This document shows positions 9,226 to 17,939 of a DNA stretch of 64,000 bases, piece after piece. The stretch covers positions 1,741 through 65,740 of the forward strand of contig JABCOK020000008.1 of the NCBI GenBank assembly GCA_013333645.2, in the 5' to 3' direction. A program made the translations under genes and the position numbers. The stretch is from Candidatus Saccharimonadota bacterium. Its GTDB lineage: Bacteria; Patescibacteriota; Saccharimonadia; Saccharimonadales; Saccharimonadaceae. How positions within the stretch are numbered: the stretch's first letter is position 1; every line of letters begins with the position of its first letter. A model generated the notes under the pieces. That model was not told where the DNA came from. It did no database searches and saw nothing but the letters and a program-made list of their open reading frames with translations.

Positions 9226-12036
9226 ATGAAAACAGTAACCATGACCCAATCAGCCGCAGTGGTAGAGACGCCCGCTGCGCCGGTGCTGCGTGCGCTTAAT
9301 CCGCAGACGCTCAGTATCGATATTGTGCTGCCAGTGCTTAATGAGGCGCATGTTATTGCGCGCTCGGTGAGCACATTGCACGCGTATTTATCACAGCATG
9401 TGCCGCATCACTGGCGCATCATTATTGCCGACAATGGCAGCACGGACGGCACAGCGGAGGCAGCGCGCCAATTGGCGGTACGTTACCCCGAGGTGCGGCT
9501 CATTCAGCTTGCCGAGAAAGGCCGCGGCCGGGCTCTCAAGCAAGCGTGGTTACAGAGCTCGGCTGATATTCTGGCCTATATGGATATCGACCTCTCTACC
9601 AACTTAGACAGCTTCGTGCCGATGATCACTCCACTGATTATGGGTGATGCAGCTGTGGCGACGGGCTCGCGCCTGATGAAGCAGTCGCGTACAACTCGCG
9701 GCTTCAAGCGTGACACTATCTCGCGCTGTTACAACTGGATTATTCGCCGGACGATGAAGACAAAATTCGTTGATGCTCAGTGCGGTTTCAAGGCGATTCG
9801 GCGCGATGCGGCACGCAAGATTCTACCTCGCATCAAGGATACTGGCTGGTTTTTTGATACCGAGCTGCTCGTCAAGACAGAGTACGCTGGCTATACCATC
9901 CACGAGGAGCCAGTTGAGTGGGTCGAAGACACCGACTCGCGCGTTCATATCATCAAGACCGCAACGAATGATCTCAAGGGCCTTTCGCGGGTGCGGCGCG
10001 AATACGGCAAGGCGGGCTTTGGTGAGCGAGCAGCTGTGGCTGGACTTTTGCTACTAACGAGTGTGCTCTACCTCTGGAACTTAACCATCAATGGTATGGC
10101 CAATAGCTATTATGCTGCCGCTGCTCAAGCAGCGAGTACCGACTGGACGGCCTGGCTGTTTGGCAGCCTTGATGCAGCAAACTTTGTTAGTGTCGATAAA
10201 CCACCTATCAGTATGATGATCATGGGGCTGAGTGGTCGGCTCTTTGGCTTCTCGTCGTGGAGCATGCTCATGCCGCACGCGCTTGCGGGGGTCGCGACAG
10301 TCATGCTTATCTATGCAGCGGTTAAGCGGTGGTATGGTGCCAAGGCAGGGCTCATCGCTGGTGTGGTGATGGCGCTGACGCCAGCAGCTGCCTTGATGTT
10401 TCGCTTTAATAACCCCGATAGTTTCTTGACACTCTTCTTGACGGCCAGTGCCTACGCCTTCCTCCGCGCCTTTGAAAATAAGAAGCCAGTGCTGTGGCTG
10501 AGCCTTGCGGGGCTCTTTACTGGCCTGGCCTTTAATACAAAGATGCTGCAGGGGTTACTGGTGCTACCAGTGATGGCACTGCTCTATCTAGTGTGCGCCC
10601 GGCCAAAGCTCGTGACACGCCTCTGGCATCTTGGAGTGGCTGGCGTGGTAACGGCTGTCTCGACCTTTTGGTGGAGCGTGCTTGTGTGGCTTACTCCGGC
10701 GGCTCATCGCCCGTGGGTGGGCAGTACCAATGATAATAACATTTGGAGTTTGATTTTTGGCTACAATGGCTTTGGGCGCTTGCTGGGTAGTGGCGGTGGC
10801 CCTGGCAAAGCGCCAGGTGGTGGGGTAGCGCAGATGGGCCAAGCGGCGGCAACCGCAACCCAATCTGCCGCGCAGTCGGCTGGTCATACGGCGACGCAGG
10901 CAGCATCCATGACGCCACCAACCGGTGGTGGTATGGGTGGCCACGGTGGAGGCCCAGGAGGTGTTGGTTTTGGCGGTGAGACAGGGGTGCTGCGTATCTT
11001 TAACGAAAGTTTTGGCCCTAATATTGCCTGGTTGCTTGTGGTAGCCGTGATCGGTGGTGGGCTCGTGCTGTGGCTGCTGCACCGCGCACCACGGCACAAC
11101 AAAGAGCGTGTCGGTGTACTGCTGTGGCTGGGTTGGCTGCTCATTCATGTCATTATCTTTAGTATGACGAGTGGGACGATTCATCCATACTACGTCGTGG
11201 CGATGGCACCGAGTGTTGCTGCCCTGGTAGGGATTGGCGCGCCGTATCTGTGGCAAGCTTACACGCGGCGCACGAAGCTGGCCTGGCTTGTGCCATTGAC
11301 AATACTGCTTACGACGATCATTAGTGTCATTATGCTTGGCTATAGCAATACCTGGCCGTGGCTCACCTGGCTTGTCATTATCACTGGTGGAGCAGCGGCT
11401 GTGATGACGCTTGTGCCACTGGTAACACTCCCTCGGTGGTATGTGCGAACGGCTCTTGCTATGGCTGTGCTGGCCAGTATGGCTGCACCAGTAGCCTTTA
11501 GCTCGAGCACAATAGCGACAGCGCACAGTGGAAGCATTCCTACAGCGGGTCCGGGTGCGACGGCAATGAGCGGCACGAATAACGAATCAGCCCAGGCAGA
11601 AGCCGCTCTTGTCTCGTACCTTGTGGCGCACCAGCAGAATGCAACATGGATTGCGGCAGTCAACAGCGCCAATGAATCGGCACCGATCCAGCTTTCCACA
11701 GGCAAGGCGGTGATGGCAGTCGGTGGCTTTAACGGCAGCGACAGCACGCTCACGCTCGAGCAGTTCAAGCAGCTGGTACGTCAGGGCAGTGTGCGCTACT
11801 ACGTAGTGAGTCAGCATGGGCCAGGTGGGCATGGCGGGCAGCAATCGACGCAGGCAGGAACAAATTCATCGGCTCCATCGACTGCACAATCCTCATCGGC
11901 CCAAACGCAAACTACCCATCATCATGGTGGGCCGGGCGGCAACTCTGCTATCGCTACCTGGGCGGCGAGTGCTGGCACCAAAGTTGACTACGGTGGCACG
12001 CAATATACCGTGTACGATCTCTCGCATACAGTTTAG
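9226..12036 (+). CDS. Fusion: GT2 polyprenol-phosphate glycosyltransferase + GT-C (family 39 / ArnT-PMT-like) membrane glycosyltransferase
   Basis: N-terminal ~260 aa are GT2 (IVLPVLNE...DNGSTDGT...DIDLS...CGFKA). A polytopic domain follows, then the C-terminal GGFNGSD...LEQFKQLV..G.VRYYV...YTVYDL tail typical of GT39-like proteins. Confidence 0.8.
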   Translation: MKTVTMTQSAAVVETPAAPVLRALNPQTLSIDIVLPVLNEAHVIARSVSTLHAYLSQHVPHHWRIIIADNGSTDGTAEAARQLAVRYPEVRLIQLAEKGRGRALKQAWLQSSADILAYMDIDLSTNLDSFVPMITPLIMGDAAVATGSRLMKQSRTTRGFKRDTISRCYNWIIRRTMKTKFVDAQCGFKAIRRDAARKILPRIKDTGWFFDTELLVKTEYAGYTIHEEPVEWVEDTDSRVHIIKTATNDLKGLSRVRREYGKAGFGERAAVAGLLLLTSVLYLWNLTINGMANSYYAAAAQAASTDWTAWLFGSLDAANFVSVDKPPISMMIMGLSGRLFGFSSWSMLMPHALAGVATVMLIYAAVKRWYGAKAGLIAGVVMALTPAAALMFRFNNPDSFLTLFLTASAYAFLRAFENKKPVLWLSLAGLFTGLAFNTKMLQGLLVLPVMALLYLVCARPKLVTRLWHLGVAGVVTAVSTFWWSVLVWLTPAAHRPWVGSTNDNNIWSLIFGYNGFGRLLGSGGGPGKAPGGGVAQMGQAAATATQSAAQSAGHTATQAASMTPPTGGGMGGHGGGPGGVGFGGETGVLRIFNESFGPNIAWLLVVAVIGGGLVLWLLHRAPRHNKERVGVLLWLGWLLIHVIIFSMTSGTIHPYYVVAMAPSVAALVGIGAPYLWQAYTRRTKLAWLVPLTILLTTIISVIMLGYSNTWPWLTWLVIITGGAAAVMTLVPLVTLPRWYVRTALAMAVLASMAAPVAFSSSTIATAHSGSIPTAGPGATAMSGTNNESAQAEAALVSYLVAHQQNATWIAAVNSANESAPIQLSTGKAVMAVGGFNGSDSTLTLEQFKQLVRQGSVRYYVVSQHGPGGHGGQQSTQAGTNSSAPSTAQSSSAQTQTTHHHGGPGGNSAIATWAASAGTKVDYGGTQYTVYDLSHTV

Positions 12037-12055
12037 ACCGTATCGTAACAGAGAT

Positions 12056-12090
12056 AAAGAGCCAGTCTTTGGGCTGGCTCTTTATTATTT
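12056..12090. terminator. Bidirectional hairpin between convergent genes
   Basis: AAAGAGCCAG...CTGGCTCTTT stem flanked by A/T runs. Confidence 0.6.
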
Positions 12091-12114
12091 CTTTTACCTC
12101 AACTAACGCAAAGC

Positions 12115-12615
12115 TTACTTGTGGCGCATTGCCAGACCAGCGCGAAGTGTCTCATGATAAAACGGTAGCAGCGGCAAAGCATCGATCTCGGTGAGTGGAT
12201 ACCACGCTGCTGCGCTATTTTCGACATTAAGACGAGGTGTTATGCGCTGCGCACACTCAACGAGCACCGGATACACATACCACTGGCGGCTATGCGCTGC
12301 ATCGATCTGCATCAGGGGTTGCTGCGCCACCACAATAGTTGTATCTCGCGGGTCAATGCCTAGCTCCTCGGCCAATTCTTGCCCGGCCAGTACCGTAATA
12401 CTCGTATCGGTCCGGTCGATGAAGCCGGAGACGCCATTGAGCATACGCGGCTGCTCAACTTCTTGCTGGCTACGCCGCGCTAGTAAAATCTCATCACCGT
12501 AGCATATCACGCAATTGAAAACAAAACAGATGGGTTGGCCAGTGTAGTCGATCCTTCCATCGGGCAGGCGTGGATAGTCTTTGGTCTGGTAGGCAATCAT
12601 CGCAAGCGGATTCAT
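12115..12615 (-). CDS. Nudix hydrolase
   Basis: Nudix box variant GFIDRTDTSITVLAGQELAEELGI; TGCTATACT 6 nt upstream of ATG. Confidence 0.75.
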   Translation of the reverse strand: MNPLAMIAYQTKDYPRLPDGRIDYTGQPICFVFNCVICYGDEILLARRSQQEVEQPRMLNGVSGFIDRTDTSITVLAGQELAEELGIDPRDTTIVVAQQPLMQIDAAHSRQWYVYPVLVECAQRITPRLNVENSAAAWYPLTEIDALPLLPFYHETLRAGLAMRHK

Positions 12616-12803
12616 ATGATTAGTATAGCATAAGAGGAATGAACAGAGGTAGAAAATACAACTTGCAAGCTAGAATATACCGTGATGTTTCACCTCTAAC
12701 TCTCCAGGTGTAGCGTAATGGAGTGAAATATCGAATTTTTAAGACTGCCCTAAGCCACGTCGTGCATACTACAGATACAACCATAAACAAGGAGTATACA
12801 ACA

Positions 12804-13061
12804 ATGGCACAGCAACTAACTCTTACCACGGATGAAGCTCTCGTTTTGCAGCAGATCAACGAGCATGGCGAAGACGATGTGATTGGCCTAGAGCAGAGCC
12901 TGCGCATGAGCCGCCCAAAGCTTATGGCGCAACTCACTCACCTCAAGAACAAAGGACTTATTACAGTCAAGATGACGACTGGTGATTGGTGGATCACCGT
13001 CAGCCGCCGCGGCCAACAGATGATGCGCCGCCTATGGCCAGAAGCAGCACTGGACTACTAG
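12804..13061 (+). CDS. Small winged-helix (MarR-like) DNA-binding protein
   Basis: AAGGAG SD 9 nt before ATG 12804; wHTH-like LEQSLRMSRPKLMAQLTHLKNKGLI. Confidence 0.55.
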   Translation: MAQQLTLTTDEALVLQQINEHGEDDVIGLEQSLRMSRPKLMAQLTHLKNKGLITVKMTTGDWWITVSRRGQQMMRRLWPEAALDY

Positions 13062-13265
13062 CCCGCAATACAAAGGATAAGCATCGCCACTATGGCACTA
13101 AAAAGGTGAGATAATGTGACTGACACGGCTTGCGCAATATGTAATGATAAACTTGAATATTCTTGGGAAATATTCATTTTAGCACGCCATCGGATATCTG
13201 AAAAGAGAAGTTTAGGGCGGTGCAATAAAGATTTATAATGACGAATAACACGGTATAATAAGGAT

Positions 13266-13949
13266 ATGAAACTACTAGTCGTTGATGATGAGCGGCGCAT
13301 TGCCGAGTCAATAAAACAGGGGTTAGAGCAAGAAGGCTACGCCGTCGATATCGCCTTTGATGGTGAGGATGGTTACAATGCTGCATGGGCCGATGAGTAT
13401 GATGCGATTATTCTTGATGTAATGATGCCAGTGATGAATGGCTTCGAAGTAGTGCAGAAGCTTCGCAGCAGGGGCAACCACACGCCAGTGCTGATGCTCA
13501 CAGCTAAGGACCAGACACAGGATATTGTGGCGGGGCTCGACCACGGCGCAGACGACTATTTACCCAAGCCTTTTTCCTTCGATGTGCTAGCGGCTCGCGT
13601 GCGTGCCCTGCTACGGCGTCCCCAAGAGGCGCTCGGGACCGTACTGCGCGTGGCTGATATCGAGCTCGATACCGTCAAGCAGACCGTGACGCGAGCTGGC
13701 CAGCCTATTGCGCTCTCGGCCAAAGAATTTGCCATCTTCGAGCACCTCCTGCGCAACAAGAATCAGATCCTCAGCAAAAATAACATCATGACTCACGTTT
13801 GGGACTTCGATGCCGATATCTTGCCAAATAATGTCGAGGTTTTTATCAACTATCTCCGGGGCAAACTCGAGAAGCCATTCCCAGATAGCCGCCCGATTAT
13901 CGAGACAGTGCGGGGCTTTGGCTATATCATCAAGGACGACCCAGCATGA
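13266..13949 (+). CDS. OmpR-family response regulator
   Basis: Receiver motifs LVVDDE, DVMMP, LTAKD; OmpR-type winged-helix C-terminus (VRGFGY). Confidence 0.93.
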   Translation: MKLLVVDDERRIAESIKQGLEQEGYAVDIAFDGEDGYNAAWADEYDAIILDVMMPVMNGFEVVQKLRSRGNHTPVLMLTAKDQTQDIVAGLDHGADDYLPKPFSFDVLAARVRALLRRPQEALGTVLRVADIELDTVKQTVTRAGQPIALSAKEFAIFEHLLRNKNQILSKNNIMTHVWDFDADILPNNVEVFINYLRGKLEKPFPDSRPIIETVRGFGYIIKDDPA

Positions 13950-13959
13950 GGCGGCGCCA

Positions 13960-14973
13960 ATGAGCTTTCGCACTACAACACTCCGGCTGGCTGGTACCTA
14001 CCTTGCGATTATCATGGTAATGAGCCTCGGGTTTAGCCTAGTGTTTTATCAGACGTCGGCTGCGCAATTGGAGCGGCAGCGCCCACCGAGTGAGGCTGGC
14101 AGAGAGCAAGAATTTCATTTTACCGACCATACCGTCAATCGCTTCCTTGAGCGGCGAGCGACTGAGGCACGGCAAGAGCTGATCGCTCAGCTGGTGCTCG
14201 TGAATCTCGCGGCGCTGGCAATCGGCAGTGTAGTGAGCTATCTCCTCGCGGAGCACACCCTGCGGCCGATCCGCGCCAACATGCACGCCCAGACGCAGTT
14301 CGTTAGTGATGCCAGTCATGAGTTGCGTACGCCGCTGACTGCGCTGCGCACTGCGAATGAAGTAGCGCTGCGCAACCCCAAGCTTACTCTTGCTGAGGCT
14401 CGCACCGTCATAGAAGCGAATGTGACCGATGCGACGCGGCTGCAAACGCTAGCCAATACAATGCTTGGCTTGCTTCGGCACGACCGCTCGACGGTGCAGC
14501 TGCAGCCAGTTGCTTTACAAACAGTGGTAAGCGAAGCGATGAACTTAGTGGTGACACCTGCCCAAGCGAAGTCGATTGCCATTAACGATACCATGCCACC
14601 TCTGATGGTGCGGGCTCATCAGCAGCGTCTTGTTCAGCTCCTTACCATTTTGCTCGACAATGCCATCAAGTACAGCCCAGAGCATACCACCATTACTGTC
14701 ACCGCTGAGAGTACCAGTCGCTGGGCTAGGGTGCAGATCATTGACCAAGGCATCGGGATGGACGCCGCCACGCAGCGTCAGATATTCCAGCGCTTCTACC
14801 GAGCCGACCAAGCTCGCACTGGTGGCCTAGGCCAGGGCTATGGCCTTGGGCTTGCGATTGCCCAGCAGATCATCACCGAGCATGGCGGCAAAATTACTGT
14901 CGACAGTACGCCTGGTAGTGGCACGACCTTTACGGTGAGCTTGCGCCTTGCTGGCAGGCAGAGTACGCGGTAG
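13960..14973 (+). CDS. Sensor histidine kinase
   Basis: Two N-terminal TM helices, H-box SHELRTPLTAL, N-box DNAIKYS, G1 DQGIGM, G2 GLGLAI. Start at ATG 13960, just after the regulator stop. Confidence 0.9.
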   Translation: MSFRTTTLRLAGTYLAIIMVMSLGFSLVFYQTSAAQLERQRPPSEAGREQEFHFTDHTVNRFLERRATEARQELIAQLVLVNLAALAIGSVVSYLLAEHTLRPIRANMHAQTQFVSDASHELRTPLTALRTANEVALRNPKLTLAEARTVIEANVTDATRLQTLANTMLGLLRHDRSTVQLQPVALQTVVSEAMNLVVTPAQAKSIAINDTMPPLMVRAHQQRLVQLLTILLDNAIKYSPEHTTITVTAESTSRWARVQIIDQGIGMDAATQRQIFQRFYRADQARTGGLGQGYGLGLAIAQQIITEHGGKITVDSTPGSGTTFTVSLRLAGRQSTR

Positions 14974-15074
14974 ATAACGTTCTGTAGAAATAAAGAGCGA
15001 ATGCTTGATAAATAAGCAAAGGCGCGTCTCAAACTGGGCTTGGACTAGCTGGTAGTAAGGGTATATGAGTTGTA

Positions 15075-15350
15075 TTACTTTTTGAGATCAGCTAAAAATT
15101 CTTCGGCAGAGTTAAACGGCTTACTCAAGTTATTATCAGTTGCTAGCGATGGCTCAATTTCAGTAAGCAGTGCTTTGAGTTGCGGCGTCGTTAGCTCAGG
15201 GGTATACGGCTCAATATGGCGAGTTGCAACGATTTGCGTGAGGTAGCTGTTAATTAACGCGCTCAACGTTAGGCCAGCACTTTTTGCAACTTCCTGGGCT
15301 TGGCGCTTGATATTTTCATCTAATTTTATACGCGTTGTCACCATACTCAT
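15075..15350 (-). CDS. RelB/DinJ-like antitoxin-fold protein (no adjacent toxin)
   Basis: N-terminal RHH-like TTRIKLDENIKRQAQEVAKSAGLTLSALINSYL; start set by promoter geometry. Confidence 0.6.
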   Translation of the reverse strand: MSMVTTRIKLDENIKRQAQEVAKSAGLTLSALINSYLTQIVATRHIEPYTPELTTPQLKALLTEIEPSLATDNNLSKPFNSAEEFLADLKK

Positions 15351-15357
15351 ACCACTG

Positions 15358-15386
15358 ATTATGTACGAAGTAATATACTGCGTCAA
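15358..15386 (-). promoter_or_regulatory. Sigma-70-type promoter (TTGACG-17-CATAAT), 7 nt from ATG
   Basis: Reverse complement reads TTGACG, 17-nt spacer, CATAAT, 7 nt, ATG(15350). Confidence 0.65.
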
Positions 15387-15567
15387 GAACAGTGTTCTTT
15401 TCTTGTATCCTATTAGATAGCACACTCGAACGAAGCTTATGCAAAAAATAGTGTGAACTGAGCACGAGAAAAGCGCGCGGCAATGCGATGGGTCTGCAAG
15501 ATTTCACTTTAAGCTTCTTTTAACGCCCATTCCCTATACTCGAACCATAATAACGAAAGGAGTATGT

Positions 15568-15951
15568 ATGAAAATAGAAGATGGCTTTGCAACGGAGAAG
15601 CGTAGTACGTCGCCAACATCCCCATCGTCCACGCAAGTGCAGGTCAAAGGTGCGGCTAACCCTGGTTTGATCGCAGCGGTGATCGGCGGTGTGATCGTGG
15701 CGGCGGCGCTCGGATTTCTTGGTGGTATGCAGGTCAATAGCCGCAGCACATCGAGCCAAAGTGGCCCTGGTGGCCATGGTATGATGGGTAGTCAAACCAG
15801 CCAGGGGAGTATGTCACCACCGGGCCAAGCAGGGCAGTCGGCGGGCAGTGGTGTTCAGCCAGGTGCACCATCAAACGGAGCAAATACCACTACGCAAACC
15901 CAGCAAGGCACCGCCCAGCAAACTACGCAAGATACAACCAAGAATAACTAA
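15568..15951 (+). CDS. Small membrane-anchored low-complexity (Gly/Gln/Ser/Thr-rich) protein
   Basis: AAAGGAG SD; one TM helix (LIAAVIGGVIVAAALGFLGG) then a disordered tail. Confidence 0.55.
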   Translation: MKIEDGFATEKRSTSPTSPSSTQVQVKGAANPGLIAAVIGGVIVAAALGFLGGMQVNSRSTSSQSGPGGHGMMGSQTSQGSMSPPGQAGQSAGSGVQPGAPSNGANTTTQTQQGTAQQTTQDTTKNN

Positions 15952-15955
15952 TAAC

Positions 15956-15985
15956 AAAACCACCTCTGATATGAGGTGGTTTTCG
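15956..15985. terminator. Bidirectional hairpin between convergent genes
   Basis: AAAACCACCTC/GAGGTGGTTTT stem with 6-nt loop. Confidence 0.65.
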
Positions 15986-16002
15986 GCTTACTGGAGTAAG
16001 GA

Positions 16003-16770
16003 TTATTGTGGCAAGGAGACACCCTTTTCTTTGAGGGCTGGCTCGATGACGAGCTTGCCAAAGGCATCGGCGTCGGCCCACACTTGGCGCGCATCTGAAC
16101 TGCCTGAGGTGGTGAGCTTGCCGTCCTTGACGTATTGATTGGTCACATTCTTGCCATTGACAAGAATAGCTGGTGTGGCGCTGGCGGCATTTTGAGCGCC
16201 AGCCAGGGATTTATCGAAGGCGATCTTTTTCTTAATCCGGGCACCTGAGCGGTCGGCCTCGGCGAGGTCGGTCTTGAAGCGGTTGACATCAAGGCCAAGC
16301 CCCTGTGCAGTGGTGACGAAGTAGTTGGTACGTTCTGTGCCATCGAGTGACTGCCACGAATTTTGTTCGGTGTAGACTTTGTCGTGCATCTCCCAATATT
16401 TACCTTGGAAACCAGCCGACTCAACTGCCGCTGCTGCCGCAAGTGCATTGGGGTGGATGGACGAGAGAGGGTTGTTGCGGAAGATGAGCTGCACGTGATC
16501 CTTGTATTTCTCAGTGACCGCCTTGAGTGCAGGCGAGGCCTGCGAACAGCCAGGGCACTGGAAGTCTCCATATTCGATGATTGTTACCTTGGGTGATTTG
16601 CTCCCGTGGGTATGGTCGGCGATGTCGCCATTTTGGCTACTGGCGCTTTGTACCTGCAATGGGTCGACGCCCGATAGATTGATCGACTCACCTTGGCGCG
16701 ACAGCCACACGAGCCCACCTAAGATTGCGAGACAAAGCACTGCAAAGATCAGCCATGATTTTTTTGTCAT
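16003..16770 (-). CDS. DsbA-family thiol:disulfide oxidoreductase, membrane-anchored
   Basis: N-terminal TM anchor, thioredoxin-fold active site CPGC (GDFQCPGCSQ). Confidence 0.85.
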   Translation of the reverse strand: MTKKSWLIFAVLCLAILGGLVWLSRQGESINLSGVDPLQVQSASSQNGDIADHTHGSKSPKVTIIEYGDFQCPGCSQASPALKAVTEKYKDHVQLIFRNNPLSSIHPNALAAAAAVESAGFQGKYWEMHDKVYTEQNSWQSLDGTERTNYFVTTAQGLGLDVNRFKTDLAEADRSGARIKKKIAFDKSLAGAQNAASATPAILVNGKNVTNQYVKDGKLTTSGSSDARQVWADADAFGKLVIEPALKEKGVSLPQ

Positions 16771-16893
16771 AAACGAAACATTCCTCCTTATTCTTGCATA
16801 TTATATCGTGCCCGAGAGACCGAATCAAGCTGACAGAGGTGCTGCACAGGCCAAAGCATTGAGCCGATCAGGGGAGTGCGCTACAATGATGGC

Positions 16894-17916
16894 ATGGAAA
16901 CGCTCATGATCATCATCTTTGCTATCTTTGTGATTGCCCTCATCCTGGCTGGTAGTGCATGGCCCGATATACCGCCAGTGAGCCAATACGAGCTCGAGCG
17001 GCGTCGCCAGCAGAATAATCGCACAGCGATTCACCAGTTGCGGCGTATTGCTGTCTACGATGATCTCGTCTCGCTTCAGCGCTGCGTGGTGGCGCTATTA
17101 CTGGTGCTGATGGTGATGGCAAGTATTGGGGCATTTGACTTTGGTGGTGGTGTGCTGGTTGCGCTCGCGGTGGCACTGCTCTATGGTGGTGTGGGGCGGA
17201 TTAGCTGGGTACATGCGATTGCCCAGCGCTTCTATAATGCAGTTGAGCCAAGCTTTGTGAGCTTTGCTGGGCGGTTCCCGCGAGTGGTGCGCATTGTCCG
17301 TTCGTTTGTGCCGCCAGTAGAGACGAACCTTCGCCTGGGGTCGAGGGCTGAGCTTGAACATCTGGTGCGTCATGCCCGGCCATCAGTCTTGCCGCCAGTC
17401 GAGCGTGAGCAAGCGCTGGGGAGCTTGACTTTTGCGCGTAAGACGGTCGAGACAGTCATGGTGCCGCGCAATGCTATCAAGACAGTCGAGCAAGATGCCA
17501 TGGTGGGGCCGCTGTTACTCGATGAGTTGCATCGCACTGGGCATAGCCGCTTCCCAGTGGTGGATGGCGACATTGACCACATTATTGGCGTACTACATAC
17601 CCGCGACTTTATGTCGCTCAAGGAGGCTGTGTCGGCTCAGGTGCAAACGGTGATGGACCCAAATGTATACTACATCGACGGGGCACAGTCGCTCGAGCAA
17701 GCCTTGGGTGCGTTTATTAAGACGCGCCAACAGGTCTTCATTGTCGTCAATACGTATCGTGAGACAGTGGGGATGGTGACGCTGGACGATTGTATTGAAG
17801 CCTTGCTTGGCCATGCTCCCGCAGCGGATGATGATGAGGTATATAGCCAGCCAGTGGCCTTACCCGAACCTACGCAGCCGCGCGCCCTCCCCATGGGCGA
17901 GCAGAATGATGCCTGA
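16894..17916 (+). CDS. DUF21/CNNM-type membrane domain + CBS-pair protein
   Basis: TM N-terminus, then the CBS pair region (VMVPRNAIKTV...HSRFPVV...IGVLHTRD...VVNTYRETVGMVTLDD); TACAAT 6 nt before ATG 16894. Confidence 0.75.
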   Translation: METLMIIIFAIFVIALILAGSAWPDIPPVSQYELERRRQQNNRTAIHQLRRIAVYDDLVSLQRCVVALLLVLMVMASIGAFDFGGGVLVALAVALLYGGVGRISWVHAIAQRFYNAVEPSFVSFAGRFPRVVRIVRSFVPPVETNLRLGSRAELEHLVRHARPSVLPPVEREQALGSLTFARKTVETVMVPRNAIKTVEQDAMVGPLLLDELHRTGHSRFPVVDGDIDHIIGVLHTRDFMSLKEAVSAQVQTVMDPNVYYIDGAQSLEQALGAFIKTRQQVFIVVNTYRETVGMVTLDDCIEALLGHAPAADDDEVYSQPVALPEPTQPRALPMGEQNDA

Positions 17917-17939
17917 AATTGTGGTATAATCTAACAGAT

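Noticed and set aside
10588-11526. Long antisense ORFs inside well-supported genes. Examples: 10588-11526(-) in the glycosyltransferase, 47133-47834(-) and 47563-48342(-) in ftsH, 58080-58727(-) in the lepA C-piece, 59320-60090(-) in the kinase-like gene, and 23299-23751(-) in the IMPase gene.
   Set aside because: They lie opposite genes with strong family motifs. Their translations are Arg/Ser/Pro/Cys-rich and motif-free, as expected for shadow ORFs in GC-rich coding DNA.
12641-12660. Recurring purine-rich motif ACAGAGGT(A/G)(G/A)A in intergenic regions (about 12641, 25300, 26980, 29385, 32348, 6770, 7788, 42185), considered as a dispersed repeat or regulatory element.
   Set aside because: The shared core is only 8-9 nt and contains an SD-like GAGG. 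Flanks, orientation and distance to genes are inconsistent. This needs genome-wide statistics before any claim.
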